Source: Octopus vulgaris (taxonomy: Eukaryota). From it: a stretch of 64,000 nt of DNA. The translations under genes and the position numbers were made by a program. The notes below the pieces were generated by a model. It saw nothing but the letters and a program-made list of their open reading frames with translations. It was not told the DNA's origin and did no database searches. Shown piece by piece: positions 37,162 through 50,371 of this stretch. The number at the start of each line of letters is the position of its first letter. Positions within the stretch are counted from its first letter, which is position 1. The stretch is taken from assembly GCA_951406725.2 (NCBI GenBank), contig OX597817.1, positions 68,324,001 through 68,388,000 on the forward strand, read 5' to 3'.

Positions 37162-37524
37162 ATTGGCTTCGCTAAGCCGGAGGTATTGTTTTCAGTCGTG
37201 TTTGTTTGTTTATCCGTAGACAAGATATCTCAAGAACCGCTGGATGGATTGTGATGAAACTTTCAAGGATGTTTGGCCTCGTGACTAGCACAAAATTGAT
37301 TAGATTTTGGTCTCAATTCGGTATTAGACAAAGATTCTGAATTATTTTTCCGTTTTATTTTTACTTAATTTTTGAGTGCGGTCGGGTTCATTTTTAGTAT
37401 TCTCGTTTGTGAGAGAGTCGAGTTTATTTCAGATATTCTCATTTTAGAAATCGTCTTTGGCTAATCGTTGAGAAGACGTTGGTGTTACCTTGGCGGAGGA
37501 TTTCACTCTCTGAGTGCTCTTGTT
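37162..37524 (+). mobile_element. Helentron-associated non-autonomous element (HINE/DINE-1-like)
   Basis: 5' degenerate CTTCGCTAAGCCGGAGGTATTGTTTTC plus (GTTT)n; 3' subterminal IR CCTTGGCGGAGG, then palindrome CACTC-TCT-GAGTG and TCTTGTT. Confidence 0.72.
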
Positions 37525-37594
37525 ATAATTGTTTTGATCCTTTACTTTCCGATAGCAGACGCCAAAACATGTCGCTGAATCATACAAAAAGGAG

Positions 37595-37742
37595 GCAGGC
37601 ATAATAGCGTGATGTGAAGTTTGCGTCTCAATCACGTGGTTTCAGCTTCAGTCCTACCGCATGGTACTTTGGGTATCTTCTACTATTGCAAGGGGCCAAC
37701 CAAAGTCGATTTGGTAGACGGAAGCAAAAAGAAACCCGTCAT
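37595..37742 (+). mobile_element. SINE family 1, degenerate 5' half
   Basis: GGCAGGCATAATAGCGTG...TTCAGTCC...GGTACTTTGGG..TCTTCTACTAT...GATTTGGTAGACGGAA...CCCGTC. Confidence 0.7.
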
Positions 37743-38013
37743 ATATATATATATGTTGCATAAATCTTCGGTTACAGATATTTCTGAATAAACTTTTCAG
37801 TAATTACTCTGGAAAAAGATGAACGCCACAAAATTATGTATATGTAATAAAGAAAGAAAAAAAACTCTGAAAACTGAAAGACACCAATATTGTTCAGCTG
37901 AAAAATAAAACAATATTATATAACGTGGAAAGAAAATTATAAATTGAAGTTTTGTATGAACGTTTGTGTGCAAATGTGCATGTGTGTGTGTGTGTGTGTG
38001 TGAGTGTGTGTGT

Positions 38014-38045
<32 letters not shown>

Positions 38046-38175
38046 TAGTAACGGTATACTTGTCAGGATGTGTACGGCTATGTACAAATGCTTGTAATGA
38101 ATACATCTGCTTATGTATGTATGTTTGTATGTATCTGTATAAGTTTGTAAGTATATCTATCTCCCTATCTATCCA

Positions 38176-38236
<61 letters not shown>

Positions 38237-38248
38237 ATACATACACAC

Positions 38249-38291
<43 letters not shown>

Positions 38292-38431
38292 GACACACAT
38301 GTATATATATACACACACACATTACTGTGCATTGATATACCTGCATATATATACATATGCAGATAGATAGATATATAGATAAATAGATATTCACCCATAC
38401 ATTAATGTGCATCCATACACCCGCAAATATA

Positions 38432-38482
<51 letters not shown>

Positions 38483-38499
38483 ATATAAGCATATATATG

Positions 38500-38542
<43 letters not shown>

Positions 38543-39267
38543 TATATATATTTATATATATATAAGTATATATATATACAAATACACATGCATGTATGTA
38601 TACACTCATACGTAAAATACACATGCGCAAATTGTATTTACATACATTTCACAAAAAAATAATCATGGTGTATTGATTTAAAATCAACACATATATTCAA
38701 CGTCGCACTCAGCCAAAATTACATGTATTGCTAAATGAATTAATAGTATGAATAAACAAAAAAAAATGAAATCAAGTGAAGGAAAACAATGTGCTATGAG
38801 AGAGTGTAAAGTTATTGCTGATACGTTCAAGAGTGTTTCACACTTGCTAGCAATCATTTCTTATATTATAAACTTATATGGGTTTGGTTTATTAAAACTT
38901 TAATAAATGTATTGACTGAGATTGGCTAAGTTCTTTCCAAGTGGTATATTTAATCACATATACGTACAGACATAAACACATATCCTGGAAAAGTGAGTGC
39001 CATACAAATGAAGAAAAAATAATAAAAAAATGAGCGAAACATGAGTGGTATGAAGGTAGGTCGTACGTTGCATTCACTCGATTTTCTTTGTCCATATTTC
39101 CTGTCTACATAGAGGTACACGCTCAGATTTAATATATATATGGAAAAAATCTCTGTAAATATGTATGAACAAATTACATACACACACACACATCAATGTA
39201 TACAGAAACAAATTGTTTATATGTTTAAATATGTGTATGCATGTATGATTGTATGCATGTGTGTGTG

Positions 39268-39353
<86 letters not shown>

Positions 39354-39529
39354 GAGTGAGTACATGTGTGTGTGTGTGTGTGTGTATTTATGAACCGGCG
39401 AATTAATAGTGTCGTTGGAGAACCAGACAAAATGTTTGGCAGTATTTTTTCCGATGCTACGCTCTTGAGTTCAAATCCAGCGATGGCTTATTTGAGTGAT
39501 AAACTTAAATCAAACTGGTTGCATTTTAC

Positions 39530-40400
39530 GCTTGTTTCTTAGATCGGACAATGCAGGATCTGATGGAAACCACACGTACAATAGGAAGATTTATCATTAG
39601 TTTTGCTCAGTCGTGCCAATCAATTAAATACTTGTGTAAAAACCTCTTATCTCTGGCTCCATTGTTCACCGACCGAGCCTTACAATCAATACGTGAAGGT
39701 ATTTCACTTGTTATAATTTTATTGCTAAGTTTGGACTTCTTGAAAGCGACCAAATTCTGTTGTTCAGAGATATTGGAACAACAAATATTGGTTATCCATG
39801 CTTCCTAGTTATCACATCAGACAATATGATCGAAAATGCCTCTGCAAACGAGCAAGACCCGCATCAAAATATGTGGCTCTGTGCGAAATCAACAGAGAAC
39901 TTCTGGATATGCAGCCCATAAAAAAAATGCTACGAAATATGTAATACAGTTACTTTGCAGCCCAAGTTGTAAATAACTCAACTGAATTTCCGAACAGTTT
40001 TGAACCAGCATGAACCCTACTACTTCTACTGAAATTAATATTAAGCTTGTAACAGTAATTACACAAATTCGTAAGCTAGATCCTCTAAAAACTGGCAATA
40101 GCACAAGATTTACTCTCTTACATATGATGATTCATATCCTAGAAGTTACAATCATGGCAAGAAAATTTGCTGTTGGCAGTCGATTCATTCCCAGAATACC
40201 ATTAAAGTGAACACTTTTTCTATTAAAAATTCAAAGCCAATTTCCTGTCATGCAGTTTCACTTGACTATCAATAAATTTCAAGAACAACTATTGAAAGTT
40301 GTTGCACTGAACCTGATAGATCCTGCCTTTTAATATGATCAGCTTTGTGTTGTGAACACTGATTGTCAAAACCAGCAATATTGTCTCGCCTGAGGCTTTG
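39530..40400 (+). mobile_element. Helitron Pif1-like helicase C-terminal remnant
   Basis: INIKLVTVITQIRKLDPLKTGNSTRF...HILEVTI...FIPRIPL; QFPV...TINKFQEQLLKVV...PAF*YDQLCV (degenerate CNGTRL, PRIPL, TINKSQGQ, FSHGQLYV). Confidence 0.82.
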
Positions 40401-40552
40401 TAATTAGTATGTAAGTGAACAGGACCATTCTGCCGTTATTCCCACATCAGCGTTAATAGACAGGGGTCTTAATTTCTTGCTCATATATTTTGTATGCCAA
40501 AGTTTCCGGATTTTCGATCAGATACGAAGGCGTTGCAAGGTACTTCGGCTAT

Positions 40553-40600
<48 letters not shown>

Positions 40601-40934
40601 CATGTATGTTTGCATGTATGTATGTGTATATACACCTAGAACCCACAAAAGTAAAACAGAGAGACAGAGACAAACAGAAGAAAGGAAAATGTCCCTTGCA
40701 TTTGAAAACTATGGAAATATTAAAAAAAAACACAATTCATTTAATTTTTCCATAGTTTAATTGTTTTTCATGCCTTACTCCAAGCTGAAAAAGTCGGAAA
40801 GACTGAAAACGGTACTAAAATGTTCTTCATGCTAAAATTATTTTACCGTTTTCTACCTTGTCTGATTTTTACCTTGTCCTTTTACCTTATTTTTACCTTT
40901 TACTATATTTCTACCTTGTCTTATTGCGTTATCC

Positions 40935-43456
40935 TGGAACCTTCAAAAGGAAGACGGAAACGGAAAGACCTCCCCCCTCCTCGGATACACAGGACTATTT
41001 TCCGAGAGAGAGAGAGACAAGCACACCCACACCCACAAATACAGCCGCAAACACACACGTAGCCAAAAAAACACACTGAAAAAAGCACACACAAACACAG
41101 ACACCTACTACAAGCACACATACACACACACACACACCTACAAACACCCACGCATTTACAAGCACATACACCTACAAGCACACACACACACACACCCTCC
41201 ACAATCGCCTAATAAAAAGATAAACAACTTGACTGCGATAAACAAAAATAAACTCATAAGAGACAAAATCCTTCGAAAAATAAATCAACAGAATTAAACA
41301 GTACAATTTCTGCAAACGTTGAGTTTTATACCACCGATAGCACAGAGTATTTCGAACTAAAAAATCATTTTTGCGGACGGCGTCGGCCTGTTACAGATGA
41401 ACTTTTCTAGCCATCTGTACAGGCAATTCTCTAAAAAAAAATGACCTCGCAAACCACAACACCTACAGACAAAAAAGAGGAGGGTGAAACAGTAAGTTTT
41501 AAACATACGATTTATCTTTCCCGTTCTCGTTTAAACTCGCTTGTTTTAAATGTACGCGGCCTGGGGTCGGATTGGAATTAAGGTTGCTTCCTTGACGACC
41601 TCGGGTCGTATCGTTTGGACGTAGTTGTAATTACCGAATCTAGACTGAGTGGGCTACAGGTTTTTTCACCCCTCCTAAACGGCTACGAGAAATACGTTTC
41701 CCCCTGCCGACCGGGAAGGGGCAAAGGGGTGGCAGTGCTAGTCAGGAAAAACTTGGATTTAGAGATTAGAACTGTCTTTATAGATCCGGAAGGCAGGTTG
41801 GTCGTTTTGCATGTGACGCACAGCAGTGGTAAAGTGTTTAGGGTGGTCGCTGTCTATGCTCCACGCTAAGGAAGAGGCGGACAGTACGATTACTTCAAAA
41901 GCCTAGAGAATTTTCTCGGCACGTCGCACACGTTAGTATTGCTAGGTGACTTTAACACAATCTGCGATGCACGCGTAGATTATTTTGGCTCGAGAGAGAA
42001 TAGGAGAGGACTCCCTTGCCTCAACGAAATGCTAAGTCGTTTCGAGTTGGCAGATCGATTCAGACTGGACCACCCAGACGTTCCAGCGTGGACCTGGGCA
42101 AGAAACGATGGGTCGTCCATATCTTACATAGATAGAATCATTACTAGTAGGAAAGATAAGAAAATAGCTGTCCACAACACCATATCGTCAGGTACAGCGA
42201 TCACAAATTAGTGACCTGTACGCTCGACCTAGATAGCATGTGTAGACTGTGAAGCCTACAGGAAGTGGATTAGACAGTTACCAATGAGGGCGTTAACCGG
42301 ATCCATTATCAACGACAAATAGTGGTACGCCCTCAAAAGAGCCATCAAATTTGAGTCGATTAGGTTTAGAAAAGAATTAGCTAGTGCTAGAAACAAAGTA
42401 GAAAAGGAACTAGTTAAGGCAGTAGACGAGGCAATGAGGTCAGGCGGGGCATCGAAAGTGTTAGCGGCGAGGTTGGCACTGGACCAACATCTCAAAGCTA
42501 AACACGAAGGGTGCATTGTCAGGGATAAGATCCGTACAAAGAGACAGGATTGGATCAGCGGGACCGGATAGTCCCGGGTGGTAGAGAGCCGGTGGCGAGG
42601 GTACTGCTATGTTCTTCTATAGAGGGTTAGTAGAGTTCAAGTGTAACGACATCCTGGGAGAAACTCTAGGCTTCGACGAAGATCAACTGGTCAACCTATT
42701 CCAAAGAATATTCGGGCCGGATAATTACCAAAGGTCCCTGGCCTGGCAATGTTACAGAGGAGCTTTACCGGTTCGAGATAAGCTCTTTGGACATGGGGTT
42801 GCGCCTTCGCCGGTTTGTGCAAAATGCGAGCAGGATAGTGAAAGTGCCCTGTACGCGATTGTGCAAAATCTCCAAGGTGACTGTACACTGGGCTTATGTC
42901 AAACACCTGCTGTCGCATTTGAGAAGAGTACAACTGTCGAGCGAATCTGTAATTAAGATCGTTCCGCCGCCTCTCCCTGAATAGGGAGGAGCGAGCCTGT
43001 TTTCTGTCGGTAGTTGCTGTTGCGAAAGAGGTAGTATGGAAGACGAGAGTAAAAGGAATTGCAACAGGCATGTTTATCTCCAGTCTCGAGCTAATCGACT
43101 TTTTCGTTTTCCACATGAAACGGAAAGTAAGGCTGGAAAAGAATTGCCTGTCGCAAAGTGTGTTTCATAAAAGATGGAAGTCTGTAGCAAGTATGTTGCG
43201 AGGGAAAGAACCTGTCTAAATGAGAACCAAAACAGGACAAAGAAAAGTTTTCAGTGTGAGTATGTGGTTTGTGGGGGTCAACCGCGTCTTCAGCTTCATT
43301 TTTTGTAAATCAATCATTCTCATTTAATTGTATATATCTTAATTGTTTTTTTATTCATACATTTCGTCTCATTCGACCCCCTGACCCCAATGTTTGTTTT
43401 GTCTGTCCTTGTATTGTCCCCTCTTTTTGTCAACCTCATAGTTAATAAAGAAATTG
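40935..43456 (+). mobile_element. Tx1/L1-clade LINE: ORF1 end, APE endonuclease, zf-RVT C-terminus; RT deleted
   Basis: CLNVRGL, ITESRL, GKGVAVLV, DPEGRLVV, VAVYAP, LLGDFN, WTW..SYIDRI, SDHK (41525-42215); linker; jump at ~42545 to SLAWQCYRGALPVRDKL..CAKC; stop at ~43219; tail AATAAAGAAAT. Confidence 0.9.
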
Positions 43457-43633
43457 ACTGTTCAGAAGTTCATCCGCCCTTTGACAGGTCTTATTTTTTC
43501 ATCCCGCAGAGTGTCGAACATAACTCTCCTCACCAAGCAAGCCTGGTGAGGTTGCCAGTTTAGTCGCCGACGACCCGACCATGCGATAGGTTGTACTGGA
43601 TTACATGTTACCAGTAGCACTCAAGAGCGATCT

Positions 43634-43636
<3 letters not shown>
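43456..43636 (-). mobile_element. RTE/BovB-like LINE 5' UTR fragment
   Basis: Reverse complement holds hairpin CCTCACCAGG-CTTG-CTTGGTGAGG and GGATGAAAAAATAAGACCTGTCAAAGGGCGGATGAAC, which I recall as RTE 5'-UTR-like (not searched); begins next to (TG)n. Confidence 0.6.
43555..43632 (-). ncRNA. HDV-like ribozyme motif (degenerate)
   Basis: P1 GAUCGC/AUGGUC, P2 CCAGU/ACUGG, L3 ACCUAU with CC pairing GG (P1.1), P4 UCG-UCGG-CGA, J4/2 CUAA; P3 (ACA/CGC) is mostly mismatched. Confidence 0.62.
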
Positions 43637-43689
<53 letters not shown>

Positions 43690-43697
43690 TACATACA

Positions 43698-43777
<80 letters not shown>

Positions 43778-44268
43778 TGTATGTATATATATTGTAATTT
43801 GTGTGGAGTAGGAAAGATTAATACAGATTAATTATATAACTTAATGCAGTTGTTTACAGTTTGGCTAAAGCTACTAGTAAACATTTCAACAGCTGAATAG
43901 CACACCATTCGGGTTGAACATCTTTTTAAAAAGATTATTCATTCAGATTTAGCCATTAACGACTCTATTTCATTTCCAACATCAATGGAATGAATAGCCA
44001 TTTGTTGTCACGCGGGATAAATTATGTCCCTCTTATTAGGATTAGTTCACTTGGTCTAGTAATAAAAATTATATTTGTAAAGCTTTAAATTACTTAATGA
44101 ATTAAAATGTCAAGTACTGCACCGAACGAAACATGTTAACGATCTCTGTTGATTAAATGTTAAAATAAAATTCGCTGCATCATTTTACACCAGTATACGT
44201 AAACACAGACACATACACACATGGTCAGAACGGTGCTCCAGTATGGCTGAAACAAGTAAAGATAAAAA

Positions 44269-44310
<42 letters not shown>

Positions 44311-44382
44311 GCTCACACACATATACATACATACACAACGCACGCACACAGTCATACACATACATATATATAATTTAGAAGC

Positions 44383-44938
44383 GCTTCTAATAGTTTCATG
44401 CTGTAGAGATACAATAATTTGGCAGATTTATATAACATGTCACAGGTCGCCAAGCAAGATTTCAGGTTCAGCGGATACCGTTCGACCTGTTTGAAAACTA
44501 GGATGTTGGTCTATGAGAAAACAAGAGAAAAAAAAACGAGAGGAAAACGCGAAGAAGGTTCGTGTAAAAAGTGGATTGAGAGGAAAGAAAAGAAAATGAA
44601 GAAAAGTAAGATCTTTGTTTTCTTCGTCTGTAGAAATCATGATTAATCTTGCTGATGTAGAATAATATAACTGAGCTAGATTAATTATGATTTCGACAGA
44701 CAAAGGGTACGAAGATCTTGGTTTCCTTAATTTTCTTTTTTCTTCTTGTTTCACTTTTTGCATCAACATACTTTGCATTATCTTTTCGTTTTTCCTCATG
44801 TTTTCTCATAGGTCAGCATCCTGAATTTAAAATAGTCAAACAGTATCTACTGAACCTGAAAGATTGCTTGGAGACACATGGAATGTTATATAAATCTGCC
44901 AAATTATGGTACCTCAACAGCACGAAACTACTAGTAGC
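44383..44938. repeat. Foldback element, ~270-bp imperfect arms
   Basis: ATAATTTGGCAGATTTATATAACAT / ATGTTATATAAATCTGCCAAATTAT, TTTCAGGTTCAG / CTGAACCTGAAA, CTATGAGAAAACA / TGTTTTCTCATAG; centre ~44660. Confidence 0.92.
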
Positions 44939-45217
44939 TTTATATATATATATATATATATATATAGTCACGAAACGCGCGTAGTCAATTTAATGTCTAT
45001 TTAATTTAGTGATTTTTAGAATAATATGTATTATAGTATATTTAAATTTTTTCTATATTGTATGGATAATATCTTTCACTATTGAATGACTTAATAGAGG
45101 TTATTTCTCTTAATTATATACATATATTTTATATTGTGAAATTTGATTTAGAATTGCTAAATTGAATGTTTCCCTGTAAGTTTGGAATTATATTCCCTAC
45201 TATTATATATATATATA

Positions 45218-45453
45218 TGACAAATAAGAAAACGGAGGGGATATAAAATCGACAGACATCAGTCAGTAAGCATTCATGTATGTCTATTTATTTAATTGTA
45301 AAGGATGAATACACTCACATGTATGCGTTATACTGATTAGCGAGTGGAAAAAGCTGGTAGCTGCATAGACAAGGATGTGAATACATATAAGTTTAGAGAA
45401 ACAAATGAGCAAATGAGCAAACATATATATCCTCCCCTTTTTCTTATTTGCCG
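45218..45453. mobile_element. MITE-like element with ~28-bp TIRs in TA context
   Basis: TGACAAATAAGAAAACGGAGGGGATATA versus rc CGGCAAATAAGAAAAAGGGGAGGATATA; TA on both flanks. Confidence 0.65.
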
Positions 45454-45621
45454 TATAAATCGTGGGTAAATCATTTTTTTACCCGAGACATTATATGATG
45501 CTTAATTGCGAGATTGTCATGCAATAACTAGCACCTGACAATGAATAAATGGGTATACTACCAGCAGTATATTGGATAGGTACTATCCCTTAGCTAGTTT
45601 CTCAACCTCTAACTCACACAG

Positions 45622-45777
<156 letters not shown>

Positions 45778-46018
45778 CACACACATAAACACATATATAC
45801 ACATGCGTGTGTGTAATGCGGTTGTCAAAGGTATTAAAATCATTTATAATATTGTTACACAGAAATAAGTAAAAACATATTAATTAAACTGATTAATCAG
45901 GAAAGCGAAAATTCCAAGTAACTTTTCATAGATAGATATAAAACCTGAAGGTTCATACTCTAATTTCACACGGATAAAATAGAGGAGATTTCAAGAAGCT
46001 CTCCGTAGTAGCTCAACC

Positions 46019-46072
<54 letters not shown>

Positions 46073-46974
46073 TGTATGTATGTATGTATGTATGTATGTA
46101 TGCATATATGGGGAAATAATCGGAGAGTTCAAACTCGAACTTCACAAATAAGAGAGTAGAGGATTAAGGTAGTGTAGGGTGAGAGTTCATATAATTTAAA
46201 CTTGTGTTATTTCTTATATTTTCGCTCACAGCAATGTGCCTCATTTAAACACAATGCACATTACGGCACTTACTGAACGGCAAATCATAGAATCACCTGT
46301 CAAGAACTACCTGTATTTTCCATCTTCTTATTTGTCAGTTACGAATTTGAACTCTCTGGAGATTTACGTCCCTATACGGAATGAACCACAACGAAGAGCT
46401 ACGCAGATCCTCCTCTATTTTATCTGTGTGATATTACAGTATGAAGTTTTAGGTTATATTCATATCTACTAAGAATTACTATGAACTTTTGTTTTCTAGA
46501 TTTTTCTTTCCCTGCTTTTACTCTATTTATTTTTATATTCACTTCTGTGAAATTACTTCATAGATGCTTTGAGGCCATTAACAAGCATATGTCCATCTTC
46601 TATTTTATTGTACTTTCATTTGCGCCAGTGGTATATTATCTCGTATAGTCAACTCTTATTTGCGTGAACCTCGCCCCTCTTCCTTCGACGTTGGATTTTA
46701 GGTATTTAGTCCGTCTTAGCATTAATTACCTGTAACTATTATATGCCATTTTGACATATTCTTACCCATTACACACACGCGCGCGCGCACACACACACAC
46801 TTGAATGCAATGGGGATCAAAGAGATCTGGGCATGTTAACTTGGAAGAATACCCGCGTAGATTTAGCTACCCTATGTCCATCTTCTATTTGACTCCGAAA
46901 CAAAGTGTTCTTTGTCATTCACCTAGCCCTGTTAGTCTAGCGTTACTCACAGAGATTTGAGCTATTCATTTCTT

Positions 46975-47388
<414 letters not shown>

Positions 47389-47398
47389 AAACGCTTTT

Positions 47399-47692
47399 GT
47401 TCGTATATAATGTGTATATTATGTCTTGTGTGTGTTTTGTATGTAAGCTCTTTCGTTTTTCAACATTTCAATCACACGTGTTCCGGGCTAATGCATAAAG
47501 AAGTAATTTGTTATTTATTTATGTATTTATTTGTCTATTTAATTATTTCATTTTTTGTAGTGGTGTAAAAAAAAAATCAACTTCCTCTTTATGCATTAGC
47601 CCGGAACATGTGTTTGAATATTTGGAAAACGAAAGCGCGTACAGAAAAAAAAAAAATACACTCACGACATAACATACATATTATATACGAAC
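47399..47692. repeat. Foldback element, ~105-bp arms, ~80-bp spacer
   Basis: GTTCGTATATAAT...TGTTCCGGGCTAATGCATAAAGA versus TCTTTATGCATTAGCCCGGAACA...ATTATATACGAAC. Confidence 0.9.
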
Positions 47693-47863
47693 TTCCTCCA
47701 CAAAGGCGACATTTTGTCAAAGTAAAGAAATTCCTGTTAAATAGTTAATAACTTTAAAAAAATTCTAATCATATATATTCTTGGAATATTTTTGTGCTAC
47801 TCTGTCTCTTTCCTTTATATTGCTTGGCTTATTTCCTCTCTCTCTCTCTCGCTGTCTATCTTC

Positions 47864-48140
47864 CTCTGTTACCCTCCTCCCACTATCACGTGATCCGGGA
47901 TGGCCTAAGGCGGTATCATTCTTTTCGCAATGGCTTCGACCGGACTGGTCACGACTTTCTGAGCTCCTCGCGTCTCTTAATTCCCCCCTCTCTCTCTCTG
48001 TATCTCTGTCTGTCTATATGTCTCTCTCTGCCTTTCTCTGTTACCAACCTCCCACTATCGCGTAATCCCTGACGGCCTAAGGCGGTGTCTTTCTTTTTCA
48101 CGTTGCTTTCGACCGGACTGGTCACGATTTTCTGAGCACT
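47864..48140. repeat. Tandem repeat, 172-bp period, ~1.6 copies
   Basis: CTCTGTTACC..CCTCCCACTATC..GGCCTAAGGCGGT..TTCGACCGGACTGGTCACGA.TTTCTGAGC at 47864 and 48036. Confidence 0.9.
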
Positions 48141-48424
48141 TTGCTCTACCCCACGCCGTGTCTTTAGTTTTTCATTTCTACTTTGTGTTACCCACTTTTG
48201 TCTTGTCTTGCAGCCCTAAGGCTTTTTTAGCTGTATATGTATTATTATAATTTTAATTGTTGCCTTCGTGTGGCCCTGAGACTTTATTCTGTTTATTGTC
48301 TTGTCCCTCGTCAGTATATTATTGGTGGTCTCGTCTCGAGCCTGTCTCGTTTTCTCATGTTTTGGTCCCATTCCCAGCAAGTTTCTTGCCGGTCCCACTT
48401 CCTATGTATGCATATATCTATGTA

Positions 48425-48470
<46 letters not shown>

Positions 48471-48789
48471 CATACATACGCACACACACACACCCACACA
48501 CACACACACCCACATACCCATATATATATATATATATATATATATAACGAAAGAAAAGGACACTCAGTAAATTTAGTAGGAGCTACATGTATTATTTAAA
48601 ATAATTTGGTTTGGTTCCAAAGTCGCATGGATTCTTCTCTCAAAATATGGTTAGAAACTGCAACTTCATCTGGGCGATCATCTTTAAAAAATGTTAAAAC
48701 TTTGATATTTACAATTTCTGTGAATATCTATAGTTTCCTTTCTCTCTGAATATTCGGAAATGTGAACATACTTTTCATATGAAGTCCTT

Positions 48790-50369
48790 TTCATACAGTT
48801 TGTTCCACTGGGAATAATTTCCTATTGTCCAAGAATTCGTATGCTCTATTCGCTATTATAGATGTTAATAGATTATATATGGTGGTGAGGCATGATATCG
48901 GTCGGTATTTTGTGGGGTTAGTACTTTCTTCTGTTTTTTTGGTAAGAGATATATAATCCTTTCTGTAAGCCACTTTGGAGCTTTCGCAGGGTTTGATATG
49001 ACTTCATTGAGTGCTTCGGCTAAGTTGTGGTGGGTGCTCATTAAAGAGTTTAGCCAAAAATTTGGAACCTTCTCTATACCTGGGGATTTCCATTTCTTTG
49101 ACTTGGCGAGCGCCGCTTTCACTTCTTCAGTTGTTATATTCTGCAATTCTTGATGTTTGAGGTGAGCTTTGGCTTCTTCGATGTCCCTGACCCAAGGTGC
49201 ATTCTAATTAAACACCTCTGGATTACTCCAAATATTTTTCCAAAAATCTTCAATTTGTTGCTGGGGAGGAGGTGTTGTAGAATTTCTTTGTGTTTCCTTG
49301 AATAGTATGTTTTGTCTATGAAATGATGTGCGTTGTTTTGTATCTTGCCAGTCGTCTGGTTTCTAATTGTAGTTTTTGCTTGAGGATTTCAATCTGTGTA
49401 TCCTTTGTTTTCTTGTAAAGGTCATGTTTAGCAATTATTCTTATTAGTTTGTTGGATTTATTAGTTTATTAGTTTACCCTTTGCTTGCTTCAAGTAGAAA
49501 ATATATATCTGCTCTTAGTTGGATTAGTTGCCGGCTTATTCTTTTCAGACATGCACGCTGTTTGTGTACGTTGTACTTTTTTCTATCTCTAATTTTAATA
49601 CCGCATTTCTGAGTTGCAACAAAAGTAGCTGAGTAAATGAGTTGATCAATCATATCGAGAGCATTTTCTCTACTATTCTCAAGGAGTTGTAGTATCAGCT
49701 TACCAAGTGCTTGATCAACGTCTTTGATTACTTTTCTGTTTTTATTACTATTAATAATTTTGGAAAGTGGGGCTCTTTCGTGGAAAGGTTGATGTAGTTG
49801 TATTAGATATTGTACTAGTATTCCATCTAGCAGTTCATTGTTGACGTGATCATTTATAGTGTTTTTAGTATCAACTGATGGTCCACCTTCTTAGTTTTTT
49901 GTGCACCTAGTTTGCTGGTTTGAATTAATGATTTCAGAGCTTTTTGCCTGTGGGCATAAGTGCGTGTGTTTTATACTGAGCTGACTTTTGACTTATCTGA
50001 CTATTTTGTCAATTTCACTGATAGTTAGTCTTTTACTTTTTATGATATTAAGGCTCACCACTCCAAGTTTATTATACTGTCCATGTACAGCCTGGTATGC
50101 GGGTTTTTGCATCTCTAGATATTGTAGGTCTCTCTTCGTGTGGTTGATGTTACTGGGTTTAATGTTGAATAATAATAAGCATGCATAACTTCGTTATATT
50201 CCTCTTTAGTCCACTTCTGTCTTGTATTTCTATTTCTTTGAGATAGGTTTCTTTGAGATAGGCTTGGTATTTGATCCTGAGCGTCAGTTTCGGGAATATC
50301 CTCCTTGAGGAGGTTGGTCCTGATTTAAAGACTTTTTGCGCTCAGTGTCAGAACCTAAGGTCACTGATG

Positions 50370-50371
<2 letters not shown>
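48790..50371 (-). mobile_element. Dong/R4-clade LINE 5' portion (N-terminus to RT domain 1), adjoining (TAA)n
   Basis: RQKWTKEEYNEVMHAYYY; ITTEEVKAALAKSKKWKSPGIEKVPNFWLN...PKWLT; PTKYRPISCLTTIYNLLTSII; 5' end abuts the 50372-50451 (ATT)n. Confidence 0.9.

Noticed and set aside
47399-47425. loxP-like TTCGTATATAATGTGTAT
   Set aside because: Only partial similarity; lacks 13-bp arms around an 8-bp spacer and is the end of a foldback arm.
50320-50371. HDV-like ribozyme at the Dong 5' end
   Set aside because: Could not fit the nested double pseudoknot.
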